Part shown: piece after piece, positions 11,501 through 22,800 of the stretch
Position numbering within the stretch: position 1 is the first letter of the stretch
Layout: each line of letters starts with the position of its first letter
Source: a virus
DNA: 64,000 bases
Reading direction: 5' to 3' (one strand)
IMG/VR virus record: IMGVR_UViG_3300020473_000017
The notes under the pieces: generated by a model
The model's input: only the letters and a program-made list of their open reading frames with translations
The model's database searches: none
Told to the model about the DNA's origin: nothing
Position numbers and translations under genes: made by a program

Positions 11501-12317
11501 CAATAAAGTCAGCAGAGTTAGGATCTGTAGTTGCTTTTTTAACTAATGTAAGATTAATTTTAAATCTATCTGCACCTGGAGCAGAGAAGTTTGTACTACC
11601 AATTGCATTATCATATAGAGATGCATCTTCATCAGCAGTTATGATCTTCTCTTCTACTTTTAAACCAACTTTATATGATGGATTAGTACCATATTGGTCT
11701 AAAATTAGAGTCTGTTCATTTACAGGAACAAAATATCCTCTAACGTAATAAACACCAGCACCAACATTAGCAGTAGAACCCTTAGAGTTAGAATTAGAAT
11801 TTAAAAGCTGTGCAAGAGGAGTTCCAGCAGCAATAGTTGTAGAAAGATATGTTATATCTGTCTCACAAGTAAGTGTTTCACCGTCGGTGAAGGTTGTTGT
11901 AATATTATCGTTTGCTTTTTGTAGATAATTTATATAAAATGTTATCTGATTCTTGGTTGATGTAGAGGAACTAATAGAAAATAGGACACGACCACGAACA
12001 CCAGAGGTAGATCCTTTAATTACTAATCCATCAAGAGCAGTTCTGTATAATTCTACATCTAAATTCAAATAAGAATTATTGATTATAACACATGCAACAT
12101 CATTGTTCAGAGTAATACCACCAGGAATTACTTGAGCACCTTCTTTATATACACCCTGACCGAAAGTATCGATCTGGTTTTGCATTAAACTCTGGAGAGT
12201 TGTTAGCTCCCTTGCCTGTACAGGATATCCAGGTTTAAATAGGACTTTTAAAAAGCCCTTACTCGAATCAAAGTCGTCGTAGTAAGGAGCAATATTCAGG
12301 TTCGTGTTCTGTGCCAT
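5574..12317 (-). CDS. vrlC: VrlC-like (DUF4815) large virion structural protein
   Basis: N-terminus TNLNIAPYYDDFD..K.FLKVLFKPGYPVQARELTTLQS; LEYYTQLSLLE, RFKNGFVVDNF, DPLAQTF motifs; position after gp8. Confidence 0.85.
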   Translation of the reverse strand: MAQNTNLNIAPYYDDFDSSKGFLKVLFKPGYPVQARELTTLQSLMQNQIDTFGQGVYKEGAQVIPGGITLNNDVACVIINNSYLNLDVELYRTALDGLVIKGSTSGVRGRVLFSISSSTSTKNQITFYINYLQKANDNITTTFTDGETLTCETDITYLSTTIAAGTPLAQLLNSNSNSKGSTANVGAGVYYVRGYFVPVNEQTLILDQYGTNPSYKVGLKVEEKIITADEDASLYDNAIGSTNFSAPGADRFKINLTLVKKATTDPNSADFIELLRTNTGKIQKKVERSDLGFINEVLATRTKEESGDYYVKKFTIDARENLDDGFNNGVYAAGVTTADGNTADEANIAVQLSSGSAYVSGYRTERLSTTYKDVDKPRTFTGSDNQSITTDVGNYVFFTNTSELPTIYEDIELRDEIITTPGSPAGNPIGRTRVLNSAYESGTVNTATTVYRVNILDTKFYTKLETQSNANWHIGDFVVGRTSGATGYVAVDANGGSASNFGNLIDVTGTFTQNEYLDLNKANSGTQLGQLANSASAATVYDFRDVKSYKYGTNGCADARLDVRVALPGSAAIISNLGSSGATQTATITAQLSNFQSQLKVGDIIEFSNNSVAQKVKVTGITDAYVMDVIKAGGSGAAAMATGSITSSIIRSRAEIKEAQKNKLITPLGFDAVKNTNKDNTVNPAGYFRKTISGSVSGTTHSFDAGAGLVFKNAADNDDFIMSVTGGTNEGDIFQAPGFSGSSANVQTVTVTGLTNGQTIDVIATVYASNRSAKAKTTERMKILKLNKSVVAGVNGLTQENAENDGYGYRVDDARISLGCSDVFKIKAIYESNNSSATLNEMVPNLQFTNLVGTISVDDVLTGDDSGSRARVVSYDSTNNKVYFIPVDDDKFTDAETITSPSATFKIVTGQIVTGAKDITDSYDLDNGMRDQFYDYSSLVRKPNYAAPTHQVLVIFDRFLTTAGINPYTVDSYAEVDYKIIPTYDEQPLRDAIDFRPQVVEKLSGSGSVASPWTLNGTEFFDYSSRSFTGNVIGVPGIGDTTILSLQYYLPRIDKVFMNKDNVVQIAKGAPGSNPVEPENVEDAMLLATLTYRPYVFDVEKDIDIKETNYKRYTFKDIQFLEDRIKTLEYYTQLSLLESETAAMEIRDTSGLSRFKNGFVVDNFSSFATSDTLHLDYRVSLDFEEGQLRPSHFTTTIPLVYSTSSTNVRTTGDLVTLPYNDTVLLDQPFASGVENVNPFNVFTYVGDINLYPEQDNWVDTTKLGKVKETIVEGNFLTTIREYNADQNGFTPIQWNSWKTTWTGTSISKKVGAWRHSAKKKQSRTITTTTTKTTKQTRSGIRYKITPVIESTSLGDKVVSVDHIQFMRSRNIEFACQKLKPRTKFYAFFDGIALPKKLITPKIMGLVKDPTTDAKTNSIPFQIGETVYVKKGNVSTQKGQNAFRFKARVSAPNEQYSINPLDGTDISGTSDYTSNLGFINIDTHALADQAKGSYYGSPKINDYLIGETSGAIAKVSNKDLISDKSGSFSASFFIDTPNKAGNLTFKTGTKLFRITDDETDSKVIGFSDSNAEAEFSSSGIHQTTQEDIISVRNAKVTTEEMSDSRTLTSSSSTSATETRHCDPLAQTFLIEDAALEGGVFLTKIDIFFNTKDEEIPVSLDVRTVVNGNPTQKIVPFSKVVKKPVDVFTSVDASKPTTFTFPSPVYIPFRQEHAIVLTSDSNQYKVFISILGKDAIDAAHAGEKISEQPYIGVLFKSQNASTWTPSQYEDLMFKIFRAEFTKPTTAANSKLVLENAQLGESNGGYLGLLPNALQFTAEDDTIRVFHGNHGMQSTLNYLELTGVASEVPDTTLSSGVTLTGTSCTVDDASLFHTTMYGTSGNPSGNAVSDSVPGFIKILGTAADGSGDEIIAYKGISGNTINFISSQPRNHNGTSGSTNGKEHSTGAIVQCYNINGIPLTDINKTHTSILTLNSPHSYKIQVSGKKALTTMAGGGTSMTASQNVAWDVVTPLVNNQTQPQCSIISRVKGTQATSCGPDSAGSNAGLETSFIKDIAWSDVTINEENYFPKTKVIANQLNEVNRMSNVKSFTMELDLETEVTHLSPVVDITAIATLTSAQIINNIEPTSGIGGECAANYITKAARMDKSASGLKVMLAANTWTQSKIVLMYKLIPVGYSGNVDDLDFQFFNSTGVPDNGQLVPQNDLTTFTDYEYTVDDAPEFDGFQVKISLLAYEQPYIPRVKDFRAIALA

Positions 12318-13832
12318 TTAGAATTCTATGACTACTTTGATTTCTTCATTTTGATCAGCCGATCTAGTGATCGGATTTCTATTGTCTATGTAGAGCATTT
12401 CTCCAGATCCAAGTTCAATTTCTTGGTTGGCATAACCAGTTACAAATGATAATCCCAACTCATATACAGATACACCAATAGTAATCTGAGTAACAGGAAC
12501 AGAAGATGTTCCTATAGTTGCGTCAGGAGTTGCTGTATAAGCATTTTGCGAAGATGTAATCTGATTTGCGCCAGAGAATGCAATAACGTTTCCATTGACA
12601 GTACCATCAACTGAGTTTTGATAATACTTCAATACTTTAGTTGTAGAATCATATGAAACTACAAATCCTTTAGCATTCGTAGATGCTTGTGTAATACTCT
12701 CGCCAGGAGCAAAGTTTCCACTAGGAGTACCTGTACCAGCCTGAGGGAAGATCATTGCTTTAACAGCAGATCTTGTATTCTGACTACAAATTGTTGAAGT
12801 ATTGTAATCATATGGATTTAAAACAAGTCCAACTCGTCTATAAGTCAAATCATTAGGAAAATCAACAAATGCGCTACTAGTTTCTAATTTACTAGTAAAC
12901 ATAAGGCGATATGCACCTAATTCCCTAACAACATTATTTCCATGTCCACCAGAAGGAGGAATAACAACATCAAGAGATGCTCCAGTACCACTTCCAACAT
13001 TAGGAATTAAAGCAACATCAATTGTTCCAAAAGTATATCCAGAACCAGCAGTAGTGATAGTAACAGATTCAACTGAACCAGAAGTTATCTTCACAGTACA
13101 TTTTGCTTCATTTCCACCATTAATAGACCAATCACCACGAATAGGAACATCGGTATATTCTTTATTGTTATAACCAGTTCCAGCATTCTCAACAACTACA
13201 CTATCAATAGCACCTGCACCAGCAGCGGATTGTACTAATGTATTTGTTAATACTGGAATAAATTCAGAAGTAACAAACTTCAGAATATTATCAGCGTCAA
13301 TGGTGTACATATACTTCCAACGATAGGAGTATACACCAGGGCTATCACCAGTTTCTATGATAGTAGTTGATGTACCAGTTGGTTCTACCAATGAGGGTCT
13401 TCCTCTAGGGTAAACTGGATCCTGACCATTATACAAACACTTGTACACATTAAAGTCAGAGTTCATTACATAAAAATTACTGTCATAGAGCCTAGTAGCT
13501 CCATTGGCAGTAGTCTTAGTTGGTGCGTAGTCAGGCTTATACATTGAGTATGTACGTCCTACTCCACCTGTTGTCTGAGTTGGATCAACCCAATCTACTC
13601 TTGGTACTACTAAAGCAGTATCCGAGATATCTACACGCTTAAAGGCAACAGAATCAGCATATGATTCTGTTTGGTACTCAAAACTGTCGATAGGTTCACC
13701 TGCAGGTGGTACATCTGTACTACCCCAAGTCTTCGCCCTACCGACGAACATAAACACCTTATTCTGGGTTAACAAAGTATCCCTGAAGCTTTCTGCGGCG
13801 TAAATTCTAAATTTGTCAGTAACTAATGCCAT
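12318..13832 (-). CDS. gp8: Baseplate wedge subunit gp8
   Basis: FYVMNSDFNVYKCLYN, YRWKYMYTI, GEMLYIDNRNPITRSADQNEEIKVVIEF; synteny gp6-gp7-gp8. Confidence 0.92.
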   Translation of the reverse strand: MALVTDKFRIYAAESFRDTLLTQNKVFMFVGRAKTWGSTDVPPAGEPIDSFEYQTESYADSVAFKRVDISDTALVVPRVDWVDPTQTTGGVGRTYSMYKPDYAPTKTTANGATRLYDSNFYVMNSDFNVYKCLYNGQDPVYPRGRPSLVEPTGTSTTIIETGDSPGVYSYRWKYMYTIDADNILKFVTSEFIPVLTNTLVQSAAGAGAIDSVVVENAGTGYNNKEYTDVPIRGDWSINGGNEAKCTVKITSGSVESVTITTAGSGYTFGTIDVALIPNVGSGTGASLDVVIPPSGGHGNNVVRELGAYRLMFTSKLETSSAFVDFPNDLTYRRVGLVLNPYDYNTSTICSQNTRSAVKAMIFPQAGTGTPSGNFAPGESITQASTNAKGFVVSYDSTTKVLKYYQNSVDGTVNGNVIAFSGANQITSSQNAYTATPDATIGTSSVPVTQITIGVSVYELGLSFVTGYANQEIELGSGEMLYIDNRNPITRSADQNEEIKVVIEF

Positions 13833-13852
13833 GCCTTATAAGCTTTTGTTGT

Positions 13853-13860
13853 TATTTATA
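13853..13860 (-). promoter_or_regulatory. T4 late promoter TATAAATA
   Basis: Exact consensus 21 nt upstream of gp8. Confidence 0.8.
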
Positions 13861-16800
13861 ATGATCTCAGACGAACTTCTGGAAGAAGTGAGACGTTTCC
13901 GCTTGTGGTGCGCGAGAATGGATATTCAACTGTAAATGTATCTACAGCTGTGACAGTAACTTTATATGCTCCGTCAAATCCATCGCCTGAAGTATGATCT
14001 AGATATATGCTCATACCTGTTGTCAGGTTATGAGCTGCAGAAGTAGTAATTGTAGATACAGTTCCTGAAGAACTATATGTTCCTGTCTGAATGGATATTG
14101 CGAAAGCTGTAGTTCCACCGTATCCTCTACCACCTGTTGCAACTGTAAGAGTGTTAGCAGACGTGTTCTTAGAACCATATAGAATCCTTTCACATGTCCA
14201 TCCTATTACATTACCAGAACTATCTGTTGCAGGATTATAATAAGGAATTAGGACTTCTCCCTCATCAGGGAAACCTATATTCTGACTAACATCAAAGTAT
14301 ATATTCTTACAAGTTAAAGTTGTATCTACAGCAGAAATACTAGAAGCCAAATATGTATTTGCTAATGCAAGAGTATTAGAGATAATTCTATCTCTTGACT
14401 TCCTCTCTATATGTACAGGATGTACAGCAAATACAGTTGGTGGTGTTAAGTATCCAGCACCACCATTTAGATTAACAATAGAGGTTACCGTACCACTTCC
14501 AGATTGAACAACTGTCTCTGCAGAAGCACCTGTTCCACTACCACCTTGGAAATAAAGAATTGGTGGAACTTCATAATTACTACCTCCATCTAATATACTA
14601 ACTGTATCAACCTTTCCATTATTAATTGTACATTCAAAATTAGCAACGGTTGGTCGTAATCCAGTATATTCATAAGTGTCTACAGAAGTTGCACTTGATA
14701 CTGTTGCTAATAGACGATCTTCACCTTCACTCTTAACCATGACTCTATCGTTAGGATCAAGAGAATTGAAAGTATTAGAAATGAATATATCTTCTGCAGA
14801 TCCAACATAAATGTAAAGACTACATGTAGATCCTGCTCTTGGAGCTTCAAAGAATTCAATAATTGATCCGTTTAATTGATATGCAACTCCAGGTTCCTGG
14901 AATACACCATTAAGGAAGATCATTACGTTATTAGCTGGTTCAACAGAACTGTTATCACTCTGTAAGGAGAATGGTTCACTATTCAACGTCATAACAAAAG
15001 TCTTTCTAGCATTATCAAAGAAAGGAGCTATGGTATCAAGTAATTGTAATTTACCAAAGTAGAATCCATAGAAGTCCATACCACTGGTAGGTGCTTCAGT
15101 AAAGGATATTGTACTTCCTGTATATGTGTATGCTTCTGTGCTACCTTTAATCTGAAGAATACTATTCAAGAATATTAAGAAGTTATCAGATGCAGGTAAT
15201 GCATAATTACTACCAGCAACTTTAGCACTGAATATCTTATCAGTTCCATCAAATGCCACAGTACCAACTTCAACTTGGAATTCTGGGTTTGATGAAGATG
15301 TTCTGGTGATTCCAGTTAGATTACCTGCTCCACCAGAAGTGGTTCCAACTGCTTGAGTAACAATTGCAGTTAAAGTAGTAATTGCAGATGCAACATCAGT
15401 ACAATCATTAGTATCATAAGTTGCATTACCACTATCATTAGTAATAGTTAAATCTTTATACTGTGCTCCTTCTGTGTAATGGTTTGTTGTAACTGAGATG
15501 TTACGCATTACCTCGCGAGCAATATCTCTAGCATGATTGAATACTAATACAGTCTGATCTTCTTCACCTTGTAAGTGAACTGTACCAACATAGTATTTCG
15601 CTGCATCGTAAGTAGCATCATTACCACCAAACTCAATATTATTAGCAACAGCCTCAGTAATTAACTTAGTATCACGAATACACTTAACAAAACTAGGAAC
15701 AACGAATGTGCTATTAGTAGCCATCATTCTTCCATAAGCAGTTGTTGCAATAAAGTCTAAGTTTTCACGTATCAATCTACCAGCATCAGCAAGTTTGTCA
15801 TATTCATATCCACCAGATTGTACAAGAGACCTTGTGACACTATTTGCACTGGCACTTACGAACTGATGTGCAAAACCAGTCTTAACAGACCCAGGTGTTG
15901 CATTAACAAACGTATGTGTATGATCACCACCAGACTTAATAGCATTAGTAGTTGCTTGAATGAAGGTATGAGTATAATTACCTCCTGCTATGACGGCTGT
16001 AGCACCTGCTGATACAAAACTATGAGCATACTGATGAGTAATAGCAGAATCTCTATTGTTAGTATTAATCGTGATAACGCCAGTTTGCTTCTTGACGGTA
16101 GCGCGAGTAATAGAGTTACTAACTGCGGAGATAAACGTATGAGCTGTCGTATTAGTTGACGGTACACTGTTTAGAACCTGTATATCGAAAGTGTTGGTTG
16201 TGACATTGTATATCTTAACCCATTGACCGCTAATTGGATCTGTAGAACGAGGATAGTTATGGAATGAAGTATGGAAGTCCTCATTACATGTAAATCTAAA
16301 GGTATCATCATCAATCTTAATTTCATCACCAGCAATGAATCCATGATTATTAATAGTTATAGTGAATACACCTGTAAGAGGATCATAAGCAGCAACAGTA
16401 GGTGTTAACTTACCTTCGGGTACAAATGTATGAGCGTGCTGTCCATTAGGTCCAGCAACACCAACATTGATATCAAACGTATCAGTTGTAACATTTGATA
16501 CAAGCATCCATTCATCATAATTAGGATCTTCTAAAGTTGGATAACTCTTAACTGTTGCATTACTATCCTTATTACATGTGAACTTCAATGCACCTTGATT
16601 GACCTTAATATAATCACCATTAGAGAAACCATGTCCAGCAACTGTTGATGTTAGTACACCTGTACTAGGTACATATACTGCAGCAGTTACAGCATGAGAT
16701 GTATATCCAACACTCTTAATAGGAATTGGTCTATCATATGCCCAATCCTTTTTCTTCTTCAATCCATTACTAACAGCACTATCAAAGGTATGTACTGTTA

Positions 16801-19800
16801 CGTTAGTAGAAGGAATAGAATCTAATACCTGAACCTTAAAGGTTGTATCATCAGCATCCCAAATAGTTAACCATCTACCACTAGCAGGATCAGTTGCTCT
16901 AGGATAAGCATGTGTGCCTCCACCTTGCGTACAAGTGAATACAATAGCACTATCATCAAATTTAACTTGATCACCGTTCACAAAGGCAGCTGCACCCCCT
17001 CCATGAGTAACAGTCATAATACCTGTAGCAGGATCATAATCTGCATCTGTTGGGGTATATGAAATAGTATCAGTTCTAGGATAAGACTGGTTGCTAACAC
17101 CACCATTATCACAACTCATTACAATACCACCATCTGCTAATTTGATGGTATCTCCTTTTCTTTGAACACAATTATCTGAAGCAGAAACAAATGTGTGTGC
17201 TTGACCTGTTGCTCCAGTTGCAACATAGAAATTCAATTGTATTGTATCATTTGTTACAGCAAGTACTTGTAACCATGATCTATAGGCAGGATCCGTTACT
17301 CTTGGATAACTATGATTTCCAGCACCAGCAGTACATGTGAATGTTAATGATTCTTTAGCGATTTGAACATAATCACCTTTATTGATAGTATGACCTTTAA
17401 TTGTTAATGTTGCTACACCTGTAGCAGGATCATAAGCAATATCAGTAGGAGTGAATGTATCATATCCACGGAACTTATGCCCACCAACAGTTAGATCAAG
17501 ATCTCCATTAGCAAGGTTAAGAGCAGCACCTGTTGGTTGATAATTTACAATAGGTGATGTTCCAACATTAACTGTGATTGTTGTTCCAGTTGTAGCAGTG
17601 ATATATTGATTAGTCTTAGCAGCTGGATCTGTTACTCTTGGATAGTTGTGTAAAGTAGCACCCAAACTAGTTAGATTTCCACTAGCAAGAGTACCATCAT
17701 TCTCCATATCACATCTAAACATCAATGAGTTAACATCAATGTTAATGCTATTTCCAACCTCAAGACTATGAGATCCAATAGTTAATTGAAGATCTCCAGT
17801 TGTTGCAGTATAGGTAGCTGCCGTTGGAGTAAATGCAACTTCAGGTGATGCACCAACATCAACGGTAAATGTGTCTGAAGTAACAGACTCGACTCCAATT
17901 ACTGCCTTGGAAGATCTATCACCTGCAGCTGGATATGAATGTCTGGAGAAGTCATCATCCATTGAGCATGTGAATGTCAATGCGTCATCATCAATACTAA
18001 CAAAGCTAGTTGCATAAAGAATGCCATCTGCCAATCCAGAAACGAATGTATGAGTAGTGGTATTAGTACAAGGAGTATCATCCAAACATTGAATATCAAA
18101 TGTATCTGGATTTACTGCTCTGATTGTAATCCACTTACCGCTAATTGGATCTGTTGAACGTGGATAAGCAGTCTGTCCACCACTACCATGAGTACAACTA
18201 AAGGTTATAGCACCATCCTTAAGTTTTACTTTATCTCCTGCTTTAAATCCATGATTATTTACTTCTATTGTAACAATACCAGTGGTTGTATTGAATGATG
18301 CACCAGTTGCAGTATGAGATGTAGCAGCAGTCAATCCATGGTTCTCAACACTCATTGACAAAGCACCTGTAGATGCATTGAATGTAGCTGAGGTCGGTGT
18401 CATTGCCTTCTCTACTGCCTGTCCAATATTAACTTTGAAATTATTTGTAGATACTTCAAATACATTGAGCCAGTTACCTGCAGCAGGATCAGTAGATCTT
18501 GGATATGTGTGATTTGTAGCATATCCATCACGAGAGCACTTAAAGGTTAAACCATCAGCAGCAAACTGAACAAAATCACCATTAGAAAGACCATGAGCAG
18601 TAGCCCAGACTTCCATTATACCAGTAGTAGCATCATAATCACAGTATGATGGTTGATACTGATAAGTTGCTAGTGAATCAAATGTATGTGTAGTAGTATT
18701 TGTAGCAGCAGTACCATTTAATGCATTAACAGTAAACGTAGTAGAAGATATAGCATCAACTGGGACATTCTTACCAGAAATAGGATCTGAAGAACGAGGA
18801 TATGAATGAACACCGCCACCCTGCGTACAAGTGAAGTTCAATGAGTTATTTGAGAACTTAACTGTAGATGTGGCAATGCTTAAACCAGAAGCAACAGCAG
18901 ATACGAATGAATGAGCATCAGTGTTTGTAGAAGGAATTGTATCCAGTACAGTTACATCAAATGTGTTAGTTGTTATGTTTGATACTTCTAACCATCTATC
19001 ACTAGCATAGTCAGTATTACGTGGATAATCCTTTTGTGCAGCAGTACCAGAAGCACCACCAAACGCACAACTTAATTTAAGTGAACCATCAGCAAATTTA
19101 ACCTGATCACCTGCCTTCAATCCATGTGCCACTACAGTAACTGTCATAATACCTGTAGTTGGATTATAATCAGCATCAGTTACAGTTGTAGTTGTAGGAG
19201 CAGTTAAAGTATGCTCTCCAACAGTTAATTCTAGTACACCTGTACTAGGAGTGTATGATGCGGTACTAGGTACATATGAATTAGTTAATGGTTTTCCAAT
19301 TGGACTGATTCCTAAGATATCGTTGTCTGTATATCCGTTACCTGGGTTGTTTAATACTACATTCTTAACACCACCATCAACAACAACTATATCACCAGTA
19401 GCACCAACACCTGTTCCAATCTTATTGAATAATGGAATATTTGCATATGTTCCATCTGCATATCCTGTACCAGCAGTTAACCCATCAGAAGTGTCTCTAA
19501 CAGGACTTAAATTAGTATTAACCTGTACAGTAATGGTAGTAGCAGTTTCTGCTGTAATTGCCAAGGTAGCACCAAATGCTTCATCAGATGGTCTTGGATA
19601 AGCATGTGTACTAGCGTGATTATCAGCAGCACAAGTAAACTTAAGAGAACTATCAGCAATCTGAATAGTATCACTAGTCGTATAACTATGAGATCCAATA
19701 GTTAATTCTAAGAGACCTGTAGCAGGAGTGTATGTAGCATTTGTTACATTCTTCTGTGTGTTACTATCACTTACCACAGTTACAGCATTGGTTGCTGTAC

Positions 19801-22800
19801 CACCAACATAGGTATGAGCAGCACTACCAGACATACCAGTATCTAAAGTCTTAAGTTCATCACCAATCTGATCTAATTGGAAGCTAGAAGTATATGATGC
19901 ACGATCATAGTACATTACCAAAGCACTAGAACCTACTTTAGGTGCAGTAGAGAATGTTATAACATCACTAGCAAAGGTATAGTTATTTGGATTCTGAACA
20001 ATACCATCAATTATAACTAAGAACTGTGATTTAACTGAGGTCTTAGAAATCTTAGTAGTAATTAATGTATTATCAACTCTTGTTGTGAACTGAGTATTAA
20101 CCCCATCAATACCTACTGTAAATTTATTAATAGCAGCAGTAGATCCAACATTAACAGTAAATGTATCATTAGTAGTTGCTGTAATATCTAATATCTTTCC
20201 ACCATGTCCTATTGGATCTGTTGATCTTGGATATGTGTGGTTAGTTGCATTGTTATCCATTAGACAAGTTAATGTCAATGCATCATCAGCAATAGAGATC
20301 TTATTATTAGTATTCAACCCATGTCCAGCACTATGAATCACTAAATTACCATCTGCAGGAGTATATACAACATTTGTTGGGTTAAAGAAACTTCCGTTAT
20401 TTGCTACAATACCATCTGTATTACAAGAAACAAATGTATGTGTACCTACGCTAAGTGAGGATAGTACAACTGTACTACCTCCAAGAGAAGATTTCAAAGA
20501 TATTGTATTAGCATCAATAACATCAACGTAATATACGGTTCCTGTTGTTAATCCACCAATATCACCTCTAAAGGTAACAGTTTGATTCTCAACCAATCCA
20601 TGATTAGTTAATGTAATTCTATTATTACTTAAGTCAACTACACTAGAAGATGCTCCATCAAAGCTAATATCTCTAGATGTAATATCATCAACCTTATATG
20701 AGACACAAGTTAAGATTTTCTGAATATCTAACAACTGTCTACCGAATATTTGAACCTCTGTGGGAACAGCTGCTGTATAATCTGGTTTACCTAGAGCAAA
20801 GTTATTAATGGTTGCCAACTTACCAGTATTCTTAGCAGATGGTTTTGGTGTTACATATGTAAGACCATTAAAGGTTGCACTAATACTATTACTACCAGGA
20901 ACCCACCAATCTGTTGAACTAGTGGTAAGTAAATCAAGAGTAGGTTTACCTCTATAAGATTTCTTAGATGCTTGTGATAATATTTGTGTACCAACAACTT
21001 TAAATCCTGCAGGGTGAGCAGCAAATTTAAGTGGATTCTTCCAATCTCTAATATTAATAGGTGAAGATATCTCATATGAGAATTCTTGGAACCTATTACT
21101 ATCATATAATCTCTGTTCGTTAATATCTAAGAAACCAGTAGTACGTTCCCATTGAGAAGAAGATATACTAATTGGAGAAACTTCAAATACAGCATCTGCT
21201 CTATCAAATGCATGAATCGAACCAAATGATGAAGATTCTTCACCAAATATAGGTTCACCAACTTTAAACTCACCTTCACTAATTTCTACACTAACAACAC
21301 GTCCTGCTGGATCCCAATTCTTAACATATCCAAATGCAGTATATGATGCTGTAGATGCACCCTGATAAACTCTTTCTCCAACTAAGAAAGTTGCAGGTCT
21401 CATATATGCAGTAATAACATCACCAAGATCAGTAGTATCTAATGTGAAGGTTGTTAATCCATTAGCATCTCCAACTGGAGCAGAAGTAAATGTAATTGTT
21501 GTTGGAGTATTAGCAATTGCATTTGCCTCAGATGTTGCTAATTTAACTTGATTATTTGCCAATCCATTTGAACCATTAGCAGCAACAACATAATATGTTG
21601 TATTAATTGCCAATGGAGCTGGGAAAGTACCAACTACCTCATTTAAGGTTACTGCAGTACCTGTTGGCATCTTTGTATTATATGGGAAGTTTAAAGTACT
21701 ATTAGACATTAATGCAACCCAATTATGAGTTACTCTTGCATTTACGACTGGAGCAGATAAGAATCCTCTACCTCCATTCCTAACCTCTACCGATTGTATA
21801 ACTTCATTCTCAACAATCGCTTCTAATTGATAAAGTGACCCACTTCCACCAGTAAGAACAATTGTTGGTTGTGATACAAAATTCTGACCGCCATTAGTAA
21901 CATCAAGGTAATCAATAACTTGAGTTCTTGTTAATTGAAGATTATAGGTTGTATTTAACTCTGGTTTTAGAGTTCTATCATGACTATAGTTAAATGTAAT
22001 ATTATCTCCACCAATCTTTAATATCTTACCTAAATCAGAAGATTTAAGTAATAAAGAAGCACCTTTTCCTGTTTTCTGTGTAATATTAACTACAGGAGCA
22101 TTCTGATATAATGTTCCTCCATCTTCAATATTAATAGAAGAAACACCTTCATTTACAATACTTGAATTAAACTTAGCGTTGATTCCACTACCACCACTAA
22201 CATCTACATTAGGTGCTGATAGATAACCAGATCCAGTGTTAGTTACTGTAATAGCATCAATAGATGCATTTAACACACAATTGGTAATTGCTGGATCAAG
22301 ATGTGTCAGTTTATCAACTGTCACAGTAGCATCATGAGTAACATCAGTACCACCCATTGATGCACCAGAAATTGTAATAACATCACCTAGTGCATATGTA
22401 CTACCACCATCAGTAACAGTAATACTTTCAATAGTTCCTGCACCATTAACAATTACTGTAAACTCAACATTAGTTCCTCCAGTAGGAGCAACACTCTTTT
22501 GAGCAACACCAGTATATGTTCCAGTTGTATAATTGGTACTAGACTGTGTAGTAATTGATACAGTGTTTACTAGTCCATATGTGGGATCATCAAGATCAAT
22601 AGTAGGAGCAGCTCTGTAATTAGATCCTGCTGCAATAATACTAACAGATTCTAATTTACCAACATTTGGACCTGAGCTGGGAATAACGGCCTGGACGTTA
22701 GCATGTATTCCACCTACAGTTGTAACCTTAGCTTCAGCATCAGAACTATAAACCTTACCTCTAGCATTGTTAGATGCCCATGGAGTATACATGATCCACC

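Noticed and set aside
15810-20440. gp7 repeats as DGR template/variable repeats or invertible segments
   Set aside because: Similarity is at protein level with diverged DNA; no reverse transcriptase or invertase in the window
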